Source of the DNA: Girardia tigrina
Taxonomy: Eukaryota
NCBI GenBank assembly: GCA_001938485.1
Contig: MQRK01237544.1
Coordinates: forward strand, 1-50,979
Direction of reading: 5' to 3'
Length of the DNA stretch: 50,979 nt
Below are positions 22,773-35,000 of this stretch, one piece after another. Under the pieces are notes generated by a model. That model saw only the letters and a program-made list of their open reading frames with translations. It ran no database searches and was not told where the DNA came from. Every line of letters starts with the position of its first letter. Positions within the stretch are counted from its first letter, which is position 1. Position numbers and translations under genes: made by a program.

Positions 22773-23371
22773 TTCAATATATATATATATATATATTTCG
22801 ACAAACTTAATAAATGATTTGTTAATTTTTTTGTATTAGTCTGTAAATAAATACTTGATTAAAGATTTACACACTTGAAAAAATTGTATTAACGCAGTTA
22901 TTTATATTATTATGTATTAAGAGATGAAATAAAAATGTATGATGCAACTTTAATGATTACGTTGTGGCACTATAATGAGAGATTCTTCCTATTTGTAACA
23001 AGAAATTCACCGGTGTAAGGCAAACAGTGAAGGAATGGCTTTCTATTAATTTAAAAATTTAGATATCGATTGGGACCAGACCAAATACCGGCGGATGTCG
23101 AAGGTAGCGTTATAACGAGAGTAGACTGTATTACAATATTTTTGTTATCGCTAAATGTTTGAGAATTGTTGCTCAGCATAATTTCATGCTGTCATTGGTT
23201 GAATTATTATTGAATGTAACAATAACGAGACAATTCAATTCTTTCTAAAAACCGTTAAGTTTTTATTTATCATATTATTCAATGCTTGTAAAACACTCGC
23301 GCGATTCGGAAGAAGTAAAAACTTTTAAAATCTTTTTAAATACCTTCAAATGACTTTTATCCTAAAATCTA

Positions 23372-26300
23372 TGTGGTACCGAATGCCGAACCGAGTGGCG
23401 ACAACCAGCACCTCTTAATTGTGCGGGAAATTGTCGCTGGCGGACATGATCGGTCGGTTCCAGTGTCCAACAGTCGATACACGGGAGCGCGTCGGCGCCG
23501 CAAACGGCCCACAGCGGCTCGCCAAAGTGTGTTGGTCCTGTCGGCGGCGTCGCATCGGTCGGTGGTCCACTCGATGCGTCCAAGTGGGTTGTCCGGATAC
23601 CGATTCGCTGAGCAATGCGGTGGTAGCTCTGGTCCGCTCGATTTCATTCGTTTACAATTTAAAAAATTTAAAAAGTAAGAAATCAGAAGAATTTATTTTC
23701 ATCGACATTTTTACCACATTGGAATTTTCCATGTTTAATAATTTTAATTTAATTTATTTAAACAAGTCAGTTTTTTTTGTTTGCTATCGATTATCGGATC
23801 ACTACAGGAGCCCCCGCCGAAGAATGCAGAACATGGTTATTGTGGAATTGTGGAGGGTTGCTGGAAGTCTGAGAGGTGCAAGAATGAATATTCCTCGAAA
23901 CGCGATGTGTTGCAGTGTTGTTTTGTTTATGTTGGGTTTTGTTCGTGTGTCTGTTTGCGTGTGATGTGTTGTATTGTTGGGGTATGATGGCATTGTTGCT
24001 GTGTCGGTGATGGTTTTGTTTGGCGTGTTGTTTGTCTCGGTGTGATGTATTGTGTTGTGGATGTGGTTCTGGCGGTATTGGTATGGGAACGTGATGAACT
24101 GCTGTAGATTTTGTTTCTTAAATGTTGTGTGGTTCTTTTCTGGGTTTATTTGCTTGTTACTGCTGTGTGACTGATTTTTAGGATCCTCTGTGTACTCAGT
24201 GATGTTACTTTTGACAGTGCTGGTATTTGGGATTGAATTCTCGCTGTAGTTGGTCTGCTACACATTGTCACATGGTTTGTTATTGTTGATTTGTTCGGTG
24301 TGGTTGTGATTATCTATGTGGTTGCTCATGTTGTCATCTTGAGTGTCGTAATTGTTGGTGTTGTTGTTTTGTTCGATGTGGTTGTGATTGTCGGTGTGGT
24401 TGCTTATGGTGTCATCTTGATTGTCGTAACTGCTGGTGCTATTGTTGTTTTGTTCGGTGTTGTTATTATTGGTGTGGTGTATATTGGAGTCATGTGTGTA
24501 CTGAGTGTTGTTGTTGTACGTGTCGAGATTGTGGCGGTAGCTAATGTAGTTACTTTGTGTACGTGGTTCGTAAATATGGTGAATGTCGTTGCTGTAGATG
24601 TTTATAGTGTGACGATTGTCATTGTTGTTGTTTTATGTGTGTGGTTTGTATATGTGGTGAATGTCGTTGTTGTTGCAGGTGTTTAGAGTGTGGTAATTGT
24701 CATGGTTGTGGTTATATGTGTTTAGTTTGTGAATGTGGTGAACGTTGTTGTTGCTCTGTATGTGTGTGGGGTCGTAGCGGCTTCTTCCACCTGCCTCACT
24801 TGCTGCGATTGTGAGGGGTGGTTTCAGTTTTTTTGCTAATAGTGTACACACCCGGGAGCGCACTCCTTGCTATCCGTGTTGAACTGGGCATGCCATATAC
24901 ATACGCCAGTCATTTGTGGTTCAGACCCATCGCACGGGAACGTGCACCCGGGTTTGTATTTCTTAGCTCCTTTGCGGAATCGACGGTGAAAGTAGCACAA
25001 GACGATATTGACCTCCTTGAATGAGCCGGATAGCGGGGTTGGCGTCCTTCCAGGACATCGGGCGATTGGCATCCGTGCCGTATGGCTCCGCGATCTCCGG
25101 CTCACTGCATTGCTGAGAGACTGTTTCAATAGGTGAGTAATCACGGTTGTGGCTGATAGCGGTCAGACTGGCTTGCAGAGCCGCTATCTGTTCGAAAAAT
25201 GTTGTTACCTCCGTGAAGTGTGCGTGTTGCGGTGTTCTAGAGCTTGGTGTGCGGCTGCTGTCGCTGATTGCCGAGATGATCGGGTAGCAGTGGCCCTTGT
25301 CGTGCCCAACGGTTTCGGTGATTTTGTCCACAATCTTGGCAAGCTCCATGCAGAGCTCCATGAGCTCATGCAGATCGGTTGTCAACTTGTTCAGGAATTG
25401 AGTGGGTTTCATGTATCCCATTGCTGAGTCCTGAAATATTGCTCGAAATGCGCATCGAAAGTCTGCGAGTGTGCCTTCATTAAGTGGTGGCACAACTGAT
25501 CGTATGATCGGTCATGTGTCATGATCACCGGCAGTTCTTTGTTTATTGCCCGCAGTTGATCGATCGGTAATGCGGCTGTGAGGTGTTGAAACAATACATG
25601 TTGACTCCTCACGGTATTCAGACGGAACTCCATTAGTCCATGTCAGGTTCGAGGTGATCCGTCGTCACCTAGAAAAAACGGGGACGTCGGTAGCGCCAAC
25701 GAGTGCACTGCGATTGACTCCTGCACTTGTGGTATGCCGATTTCAGAGAAAATTTCGGGTCCCTCATCGCGATTACCATCGCCTAAAAGTGCCACGTGGC
25801 AAGTGATTGTCGTGTCGGTCACGGTCCCGTACTACTATGAAAGAGAGATGAGAGCGCAACGGTTTAAACCCATGATAGTGTGACTGGATGTCCCGACTGG
25901 CTGGTGAGGTGATTTATGAGGTGTTCGATTAAACAGTCGGTGGACAATTGGAGTGTGGTGACAATGTCCCCTTCAGTGTTTATTGTTATTGTGGTGTGTG
26001 CTAAAGTTATTGTTTTCAGTGTGATTTCGATGTGGTGTGTGCTTATTTGATCGTTAAGTGCTGTGTGAGAGTAAAGTTGTTTAATGTAAGGCATGTGAGT
26101 GTTTGTTGTGGTGCATGCGTGGTGATTGTAGTGTGTATATGTGTTGCAGCAACCGTGTTTCAAAAAACATTCAAAATCGTTTACCTGTGTTGGAACGGTT
26201 GATCCCACTTCTAACACCAATGTGGTACCGACTGCCGAACTGAGTGGCGGCAACCAGCACCTCTTAATTGTGCGGGAAATTGTCGCTGGCGGACATGATC

Positions 26301-26654
26301 GATCGGTTCCAGTGTCCAACAGTCGATACGCGGGAGCGCGTCGGCGCCGCAAACGGCCCACAGCGGCTCGCCAAAGTGTGTTGGTCCTGTCGGCGGCGTC
26401 GCATCGGTCGGTGGTCCACTCGATGCGTCCAAGTGGGTTGTCCGGATACCGATTCGCTGAACAATGCGGTGGTAGCTCTGGTCCGCTTGATTTCATTCAA
26501 TTGCAATTTGAAAAATTTAAAAAGTAAGAAATCGGAAGAATTTATTTTCATCGACATTTTTACCACATTTGAATTTCCATGTTTAATAATTTTAATTTAA
26601 TTTATTTAAACAAGTCAGTTTTTCTTGTTTGCTATCGATTATCGGATCACTAAA
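23372..26654 (-). mobile_element. Non-autonomous Gypsy-type LTR element (gag remnant only, no pol)
   Basis: Near-identical LTRs at 23372-23806 and 26221-26654. TSD ATCTA on both sides. PBS TGGTGTTAGAAGTGGGAT (tRNA-Leu type) at ~26202-26219. Purine-rich GGCGGGGG next to the other LTR. Gag-like FQHLTAALP..YDQL..L at 24963-25633. Long GT/CA-rich filler. Confidence 0.92.
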
Positions 26655-26701
26655 ATCTATTTTTTTGTATTTTAATTACTTAGATAAATTTATATTTGTA
26701 G

Positions 26702-27042
26702 ACTGAAGATGAAAAATCTATATTTACTCTTATTGATGCTTTGAAAATCAAAATGGAAGAAACAAATGTTAAAGTTTAACTTTAAGAAATTTTTAATTAA
26801 TGTTTCATTATTGTTTTTTTAAGGAAATTCATGAAAAAAATCTTACGAACTCTGAGGATTTTAAGTATTCAAAGTTATTTTTCAAAGTTATTTGTTTAAA
26901 ATTATTATTTAGACACAATAAAGGAATTCCAGTTGTGTTTTCAGAAACTATTAAAGTGTTTTATCTTTCAACGCTTTGAAATTATAATTTTATATAATCA
27001 TTTTTAAGGATTTACATCATAAACAAGAACAAATAGAAATGC
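26702..27042 (+). CDS. Four small exons of an unidentified host gene or pseudogene (partial)
   Basis: Exons 26702-26773, 26824-26873, 26913-26955 and 27009-27042 are joined by GT-AG introns of 50, 39 and 53 bp. They give a stop-free frame TEDEKSIFTLIDALKIKMEETNVKEIHEKNLTNSEDFKYSKHNKGIPVVFSETIKDLHHKQEQIEM. Confidence 0.5.
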
Positions 27043-27529
27043 GTATGATATTATTATTATATATTATATTTATTTATGTCAAAAATTGGAAATGCCATTC
27101 ATTCTCTGTTATATTAATTTGAATATACCTATGATCAGCTATTTCAGTAATTAAGTGACAATTCTGACCAACATAGTGTTGCGATTTTGTATCATGTTGT
27201 ATTAATAAAATATAATACGCCTGTAATCAGATACATATTAGTAACGAGTTGTTGGTTGGCATTCTTCTACTCAATTCACCGTTCCAATACATTTGAGTTC
27301 TTTCATGTGCTGTGATTTCATTTATTCAGCACATTCAACTATTCTACAATAAAAAGACTTCCAAATTGACAGCAGAAATTGGAATTAAATTTGACTTTTT
27401 TTAAGGCTAATAAGAAGGACTTACTGCAAATATTAATGACAAATTAGGAAATAATAAGTTTTAAAGTAGTTATTTAAGATTGACAAACATAAGCTCGTAT
27501 TTAGGAATTTTAAATCAAAAGATATTCTA

Positions 27530-28200
27530 AAAGAGACGATATCTACCTTTACCTTCAATTCTTCAACAAAAAGATGATCAAACGATTCAAAACTTGTTAT
27601 AAACCTTCAATGAGGAAAACCGAGTATTTCTGCTAGTGCACTTTTTTTACGGTGTCAATATATTCTACTTTTTATGATTTTATTGTCATCAACTTCCTTG
27701 ATACCTTTTTAGCTATTAATATCTTATAAGATCATCATCGTCTAGTGAATTCAGTGTTTCTTTTTTACAAAACCTTTTTTCCACTTACTATGAGTTCGTT
27801 TGATTTTCTAAATGTAACTTTTAAGTCACGGACCAAATGCATAACCAAATGAAGAATAAAATTTTTCTTTCCAAAAGTGCTGTTAGTTTTTCTTCATATG
27901 TTTCTCCTAATCCTACCTTTTATTTCAATTTTCTGTAAAGAGTCGTGTACGATATTACCAGTAGAATTTGAAAATCCCATAATATTGGAGTATTTATTAA
28001 AATTTCCAAGTAATTCATCTAATTTTAACTTAGATCCATCAAATATCTATAGGTCTTGAATATTTAAAGTAGCTTTGTCGTATGTTCCCTATTAACTTGG
28101 TTTTGAAAAGATTCATTACAAATAGAATTGCCTTCAAAACAATTTTCATTAAATCGTTCATTAGTTTACATCCATCTTGATTTATCTTCATATATCTTTT
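27530..28200 (-). mobile_element. Heavily decayed Gypsy LTR-end/gag relic of the TG...TA family
   Basis: Minus strand LNIQDL*IFDGSKLKLDELLGNFNKYSNIMGFS aligns to gag PNIRSAEIFDGSESKVKDFLKSFGRYTKIMGFS at 6117-6213. Upstream sequence resembles the LTR 3' end. Confidence 0.55.
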
Positions 28201-29639
28201 GTAGGGGTTCCAAGAAGTAAACATTAAAATTTTTACCAGAAATTTTTATAGAATTAAAATTATAAATTGTGAATAATATAATATTTATTTTAATAAAATT
28301 TTGTTAAAATTTGTAAATATTTTGACATTTGTTTTATTTAATCAATTCTCAAGGTTATCAAAAAATGCTATATGAACAACAATTAATTCAGTCATAATTG
28401 TCCAATAAATTTTTACTGTTAAAATAATAAAGAATCCGTATTAAAGCGTTTAGCTTAGAATGAAGTAAAACTTATTGCTGTTCAATAAATATTTTCTTTT
28501 TATTATTATCTAAGTCGAAATTTGAATTCAGTATCCTGTATAGAAGAAAAAGAGATTCGTAACACTTTCATCGATGTCTCATTCGAGTCTTTCGGGGAAA
28601 ATGATTGGTCACAATTATTTAATGCGTTAGATGAGCAATACAAGTAAGCAACACTGTCGTAATCCGCTTGTTTCCGAATTTTCCGGAGAAGGGAGCATCT
28701 GGGCCCATAGAGATGCTCTGAGAGAGTCAAAAATGTCTTTGATCGCATTCGAGCGCTTTTCATTCATTAAATTGTCGTACTGATTAATGACAAATCCATT
28801 CGGACTCCAGAATACACAAAACGCATTCGATTTCTGATTTATAATATTGATTTTTTTCTTTCACACAACACAGTGAAACCGTATCGTTCAAAACCACCAA
28901 AAACGACTCTTTCTCATTTGAATGCCACCGCAAATCGACCAACTGGCTCTCGGTATTCGGTTTATATTAACAAAAATTTGATTCTCCACTCTCCATCAGT
29001 GACCTCTCGACACGGAACAATCCGACAGTCGCCAATCGACCACCATCAGTCACCAAGGCGACCAGCAGAATCGATCCACCGCAACTCAACTCGATCCAGG
29101 CGACACTCAACCGGAATTTGATAGAGAAAATCGGATCAACACTCACGAGCCCGTCCCTATTTAAAACCCGTTCTATTTAAATTTTGATCTAAAATCGATT
29201 CGAGTTTGATAATATCGACGAGAAGAAACGGTGCATCAAAAATCTTATCATTCAATGTTTTTGTAATTTTAATATTTGCGGTCTTTTTTAACATCGCGAT
29301 TAGCATAATTCAGCATCCAGAAAAGAAATTCACTCTTTAATCAATTCAAAACGATATTAAGTCACGTATCGAATTTATTTTCACCAATCAAAATCACTAT
29401 CGTTTTTACAAGTTCATCAATTTTATTCAACAAAAAAACTCAAGGTCATTTCACATTATCAATTTTCAATAACTAAATAATCAAAATTACAATTCAAATT
29501 GTTCAATTTCCATCGAATAATTTCAAATGACAAAAAAATAATGAATTAATTTTTCATTTCAATTTGATTTTCTCCAATTTGAAACGAATATATAATAATG
29601 ATAATAATTAATTATAAAAAACAAAATATAATAATTAAA

Positions 29640-30025
29640 ATGTTCGAATCCCGAACACCGTTTGACACACCAACAAAGATTTTGGCCCATGCAAAATAAA
29701 CTCATCACCGCGTTGCAATAATTGCTTGCAACAGGAGCAAGCAAAACATGTCACGCGATGCACCCGATTAAGTGCATGCGTAGCTACCTCATGAGTCTGC
29801 ATAGGAAGATTGCAGCCGAAACATTTTTTTGCAAACGAACTCTTATAGTAATGATTCCGACAAAAAAATTTATTATCTTTCAACATGAAGCACGATTCTT
29901 CTAACACCTCATCACAAATTGAACACAACGCACACGACTTATGCCAAAACGTGTCGTTTAGAGAAAACAAATCAAACGTTAATCACGGTATTATAACCAC
30001 TACAATTCGGATTGTCGACTTTTTT
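29640..30025 (-). pseudogene. Tandem LIM-domain fragment (LIM-homeobox type), intronless, no homeodomain seen
   Basis: WHKSCALCSICDEVLEESCF..FCRNHYY..FAKKCFGC..HRVTCFACSCCKQLLQRGDEFIL..LVC. The first CxxC is degraded and a TGA lies upstream in frame. Confidence 0.8.
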
Positions 30026-30912
30026 ATGTTTTTTTACTAAAATTTGTTGACAGTTTATTTAAAATTCAATTTTCATCCCAATGAATATTTTCAATGTTGT
30101 TCATTGAATTGAAACGTTTTTGGATTTTTTTATTTATGAATTCAGTGCAATAATATTTTTAACATAAGACAAAATGATATTATGTTTATCAATTTGAAAT
30201 ATTTAACCCCTTCAAAACGAAACGCCAACAACCACGTTGAAAAATTTATTTTTTGATATATTAAAAAATCCAAATAATCTAATTAAATTTTAATCACAGT
30301 TTTTTTAAACTACAATTTTATCCTATTTTTCGCTTTTCACAGATTTACAGAAACAAAATTCTAAAATTCAGTTCATACAAAAAATATTAAAGCTTTAAAC
30401 TATTAAAAATTACAAAAAAACATTTTAATTTCAACAATTTTGATGGTTGAAGATCATGAGAATGACAAAGAATTAGTTGTCCGAATTCCAAAGATTTTTA
30501 CAATTTGATTCAATAAGAATTTTTGAAATGAATTTCAAAAACTCAGCTTCAGTGGAAAATTTGTTTTCACTTAAATTAGAACATAAAAAACAGCAATATT
30601 CAAGTGGACAATCTTATTATTTCACAATTTTCTTATCTTACTTCTTAATAAATTCAAATTACAATAGGAATTTAAAAGGATGAACAAGATATGAAAACGA
30701 ATATTTTCAAAGCAATTATAATTATCAAATCCAAGTTTTCACCGAATAACGTTATTAATCCGCTATTATCGACCGCTAATTGATCTCCACTTTCGTAATT
30801 TTTCTTTTAAATTTGAAGATAAATCAAAGAAATTCTTGATGGTATTTTCAATTTTGATACATTTTTAAACATGCGAACACAAATTCCATATCACCAAGCT
30901 CCTCTCCCTCAT

Positions 30913-31415
30913 TGTGAGGAATATTTTAAATTGTTTGAATGTGTAAATGTATGGATGATGTATGTTGATTTAAGTATGTTGAATTTAGAATGGTGATTCT
31001 CCCACCCAGGTGGAAATTGGTATTTTTTTATTAAGTTTAAAGTGATTGACTATTCGAACATAATTAAAATAATCATTTTATAAGTTCATATCTTTAATTT
31101 CAGAATTAAAATTAAGTTTAATAATTTTTAGTAAAATTTAAATTAAATGTATTTTTAATAATTTGATGTCATTTTTATTATTTTGGGATTTATTGAAAAA
31201 TGGTAAAAATTAATATTTTTAATTAATATTTTTTAGAGGTTAAATATTTTAAAAAAATAATTTAGAAAAATTGTTCGAATAATCATGATTAAAAACAGAA
31301 ATAAGAAAACCAATTAGAACGATGGCAAACGATGAAAGACCTTCTGAGAGTCTTAATGACTCTAAATGTAACTGCAATAAAGATTTAAACGAGACTTGTT
31401 TAAATGTTCTTAATA
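30913..31415 (+). repeat. Solo LTR (TG...TA termini), same family as 16613-17138
   Basis: TGTGAGGAATATTTTAAATT start, TCTCC.ACCCAG.TGGAAA core, GTTCTTAATA end. TSD CTCAT/CTCAC (4 of 5 match). Confidence 0.88.
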
Positions 31416-31837
31416 CTCACCATGGTGATTTAGTAATTAAAATTTATCACAAAACATCACGAACCTATAATGTAACATTATTATTCTAAAAGGAAAAAAG
31501 CCCTGAAATTTACGTATTTATTAATAAGGATTTTATAAAAAAACGCTTTTAAAAACGTTATTTAAACAAAACAAGTAACATAATCATAAAATTTATTCAA
31601 AAAAATAATAATTCTTAAAATTTTACATTTTAAAATATATGACAGTTCCGAAATTTCCTACAGATGAAATTGTCATAAAAATAAAAAAGAAATTTAATGC
31701 TGTATCTAGTAAATTTGTTATTACAGTATTGTTTGAAAATTTTCAAATATTAATGCTGTCGTATCGCTATAACTTAAAAATTAATATTTATGATAAATTT
31801 AAAAATTTAAAATAAATTAAAAATGTCCGATTTTCCA

Positions 31838-31975
31838 GAGGGGGCATTTGCTCCCCCCTCTTGCCCATTCGTGTCGGTACCCATTCATATGAAAAAATGT
31901 CCGTGTGAGCAAATGTCGTGTGAGGAGACGTCCGTATGCAGAAATGTCATGTGAAGAAACATCATGTCGTGAGCA
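31838..31975. repeat. GC-rich palindrome plus ~15-bp degenerate tandem repeats, probable DNA-transposon end
   Basis: GAGGGGGCATTTGCTCCCCCCTC hairpin, then repeated units resembling gagcaaatgtc(c)gtgt. Confidence 0.4.
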
Positions 31976-32011
31976 CAATCATTGTTCTGTAGCGTAATTA
32001 ACTTAATATAA

Positions 32012-35000
32012 TGTTGGATATTTGATATTTTAATTATTTGAAATATTTAATATTTACTTTTTTGATAAATATTTTGTTTAAATATTATCAATTAAACAGT
32101 GTTGTGAAAATAAACTTTTCGCGTGTTACAAGCTATCCGGGCATAATGAATGATATGAAAATCGTTTTAGAGTTTTTAGAGAAATTCGATGGAAGCATCA
32201 GTTTCGAGATTTGGTAGAAGAAATTTGAAATGATCATGAAAATCTAGAAGATTACTGATCCAGCCCCGTATCTCCCTTTTTTACTATCGGGTGTTGCACT
32301 GAACATCTACATCGAATCGGTCGAGAAGACGCAAAGCAGCTGCGATCGGTTCCTCAAGATATTAAACAATTCGTTCGGCCTGACTAGACGTTCTGCATAC
32401 AGTCAATTGATAAACTTACAGTATCACGATGGTGAGACTATCGATGAATATGCATCTCAGGTGAAGATGTTAGCAACGAAGGTCGACGATCTAACAAAGG
32501 CTGCATTCATGGCTGGACTGCCTTTCGAGTTGCAGGTGGATTTTGAACGGACCGGCGACCAACCCCTGACCGAAATGATCGAGTATAGCCGCAGGTATTT
32601 GGGGAGTAAAAAGGGTTTATTACAGGGTTCAATGGCAGCAATACAACACGGAAACAACATCAAAGAAACAAGGAGTTCCGGAAGTCAGGGCGAACTCGAT
32701 AAACCCAGAGCAAATCTTCAGAAAGAACCCTATGTTCATCGTGAGAGAGACACTTAATTGAAGGAAAGTAATCATCATAAGGGTTCTCAGTGGCAATTAA
32801 ACAGACAAACAATATGCTACAAATGTCAGAAACCGGGTCATATCGCAAAATATTGTCGGTCGGGAAACGAGCAGGGGAGTTTGTAGGCGCCGGCTCTCTC
32901 CCTTCACAGTTAACGGCGTTGCCGACAGGTCAGCCATATCGTTGATTGATTCGGGTTGTTCGAAAACGGTTATTTTAAAAGGGTTAGTTAGTGATTGTAT
33001 GTTGTTTTCTGACGGAGAAAGTATGGTTTTGGCGAATGGAATAGGTGTTAGAGTGGGTTCGGTTGAAGTACGGTTGAATATAAATGGCAGGATCATTAGG
33101 GTGGAATGTTCGGTCATGGAACATTTGCCGTATGGTTTAGGGATCTTAATAGGTATGTATGTCATAAGTAAATTGGGTGGAGTGAAAATTAATAAGGGTG
33201 TTATTGAGTTCGGTGAAGAGGAAATTAAAGGGATAGATAGTAGCTTGAGTTGTACTGCATCGGATGCGCCTCTTGTTAGTATAAAAAAACATAATTTTGA
33301 AATTGAGTTTAGGGAAAATTGGCCGATTAAATGGAATTGGAAAAGTGAGGCTCCGAGTTATCTTCCGAATCGTCAATCAGTTTTTAAGGACAAAAAATTA
33401 AAAGATGTTGCAACGTTGAAAAATTTAGACGGTTGGGTAGAAAAGGGTTATCTAATCGAGTACAATGAGGAAGAAATGGGTAAATCGATAGGATCCATAC
33501 CGATATTTGGAATATTACAGGCTAATAAGTCCAAGATAAGACCCATTTTTTATTTTAGAAAATTAAACAATTACGTGGACGTTTATAGTGGTTCTGTGGA
33601 CATATGTTTAGAAAAGCTACACGATTGGCGACGTAGGGGTTCGACTTTTTTAATGCTTGATTTGTCAGAGGCGTCCATGCAGATTCATGTTCATAAGGAC
33701 ATGTGGCGTTACCAATCTTGTATCATTAATAACAAGAAATATGCTTTAACTAGAATGGGTTTTGGTTTAAACATTGCACTAACTATAATGACCGAAATCG
33801 TCAGGTGGATTCTGAACTCTGACGCCAGGATGCGTGAAAATACAGACTCTTATATTGATGATATTTATGTAAATGAAAGTTTCATTTCCGTTGAAGAAGT
33901 AGAAAAAGGGTTCAATAACTTCGGTCTCAAATGTAAGAAACCAGAAAATCTGTCACAAGCCAACGAAATTCGAGTTTTAGGCATGAAGGACCAACATGTT
34001 GTGAGATGGAAAAGGGGCAATCATGTAAGAGAAGAGTCGGATGTGGAATCAATTTCACGTCGTGAGTTATATTCGTTATGTGAACAATTAGTAGGAATAC
34101 ATCCGGTAGCTAGTTGGCTACGTCCGTCATGTTCATATCTTAAACGACTTAGTGAGGGAAGGTGGGAAGAAAAGATAGACGAGGAATTATTCGAGAAGAT
34201 GAAATGGGTTTTAAAGACAGTGAGGGAGAGTGATCCTTGCAGAGGTTTATGGGCTATTGATGACTGCAGGGAAGGTATTATATGGTGCGACGCAAGTTCG
34301 ATAGCCATTGGTGCTGTGTTAGAAGTCAAAGGGAACATAATCGAGGACGCATCATGGTTGAGAAAAACTGATGATATTAATGTAGCAGATATAACTGATA
34401 TTAATGTAGCAGAACTAGAAGCAGTTGTAAAGGGTTTAAACTTATGTGTGAAATGGGGTTTAAGGAGCGTGATAGTAAAATCGGATAATAAGTCAGTAGT
34501 TTCGTGGGTAACCACAACAATCTCAGATCGCGAAAAATTAAATACCAAAGCTTCATCTGAGCTTTTAATAAAACGAAGACTGTCGATGATCAAGGAACTG
34601 TGTCAGGAGTATGAGATCGAGTTGAAGATCGAGTTTGTTAATAGCGAAGTTAACAAGGCAGATGAGTTGACAAGAATCCCAAAACAATTTAAAAGAAGCA
34701 ATTGTTTTTTATCGGTTACGGATGATCTACTCAAGCTGCAGCAACTTCATGATAAGTGTCATTTAGGCGCAAACAGAATGCGATATTTATGTGCAAAGCA
34801 AGGAATAGATGTGTCAAACGCGGATATCAAGGATCTGATTTCAAGATGACAAGAATGTCAATCCATCGATCCGGTACCCGTAAAATGGAAAACCGGGAGG
34901 CTGAGCGTCAACGAAAACTGGACAAGACTTGCTGCGGATGTTACAAAGTACAATCAACTAAAATTTTTAAGTGTAATCGATTGTGGTCCTTCTCGCTTTG

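Noticed and set aside
23362-23964. Overlapping ORFs repeated at 26141-26600
   Set aside because: They lie in GC-rich LTRs and are open in several frames because of base composition.
24291-24686. Val-rich 131-aa ORF resembling a multi-pass membrane or env-like protein
   Set aside because: By-product of GT-rich low-complexity DNA, antisense to the LTR element, with no signal or fusion motifs.
28506-29160. Short ORFs with slightly higher GC that may be further host-gene fragments
   Set aside because: No motif could be identified with confidence.
32012-32142. Tf1-like self-priming as the explanation for the odd PBS
   Set aside because: The LTR contains no sequence complementary to AGCTATCCGGGC.
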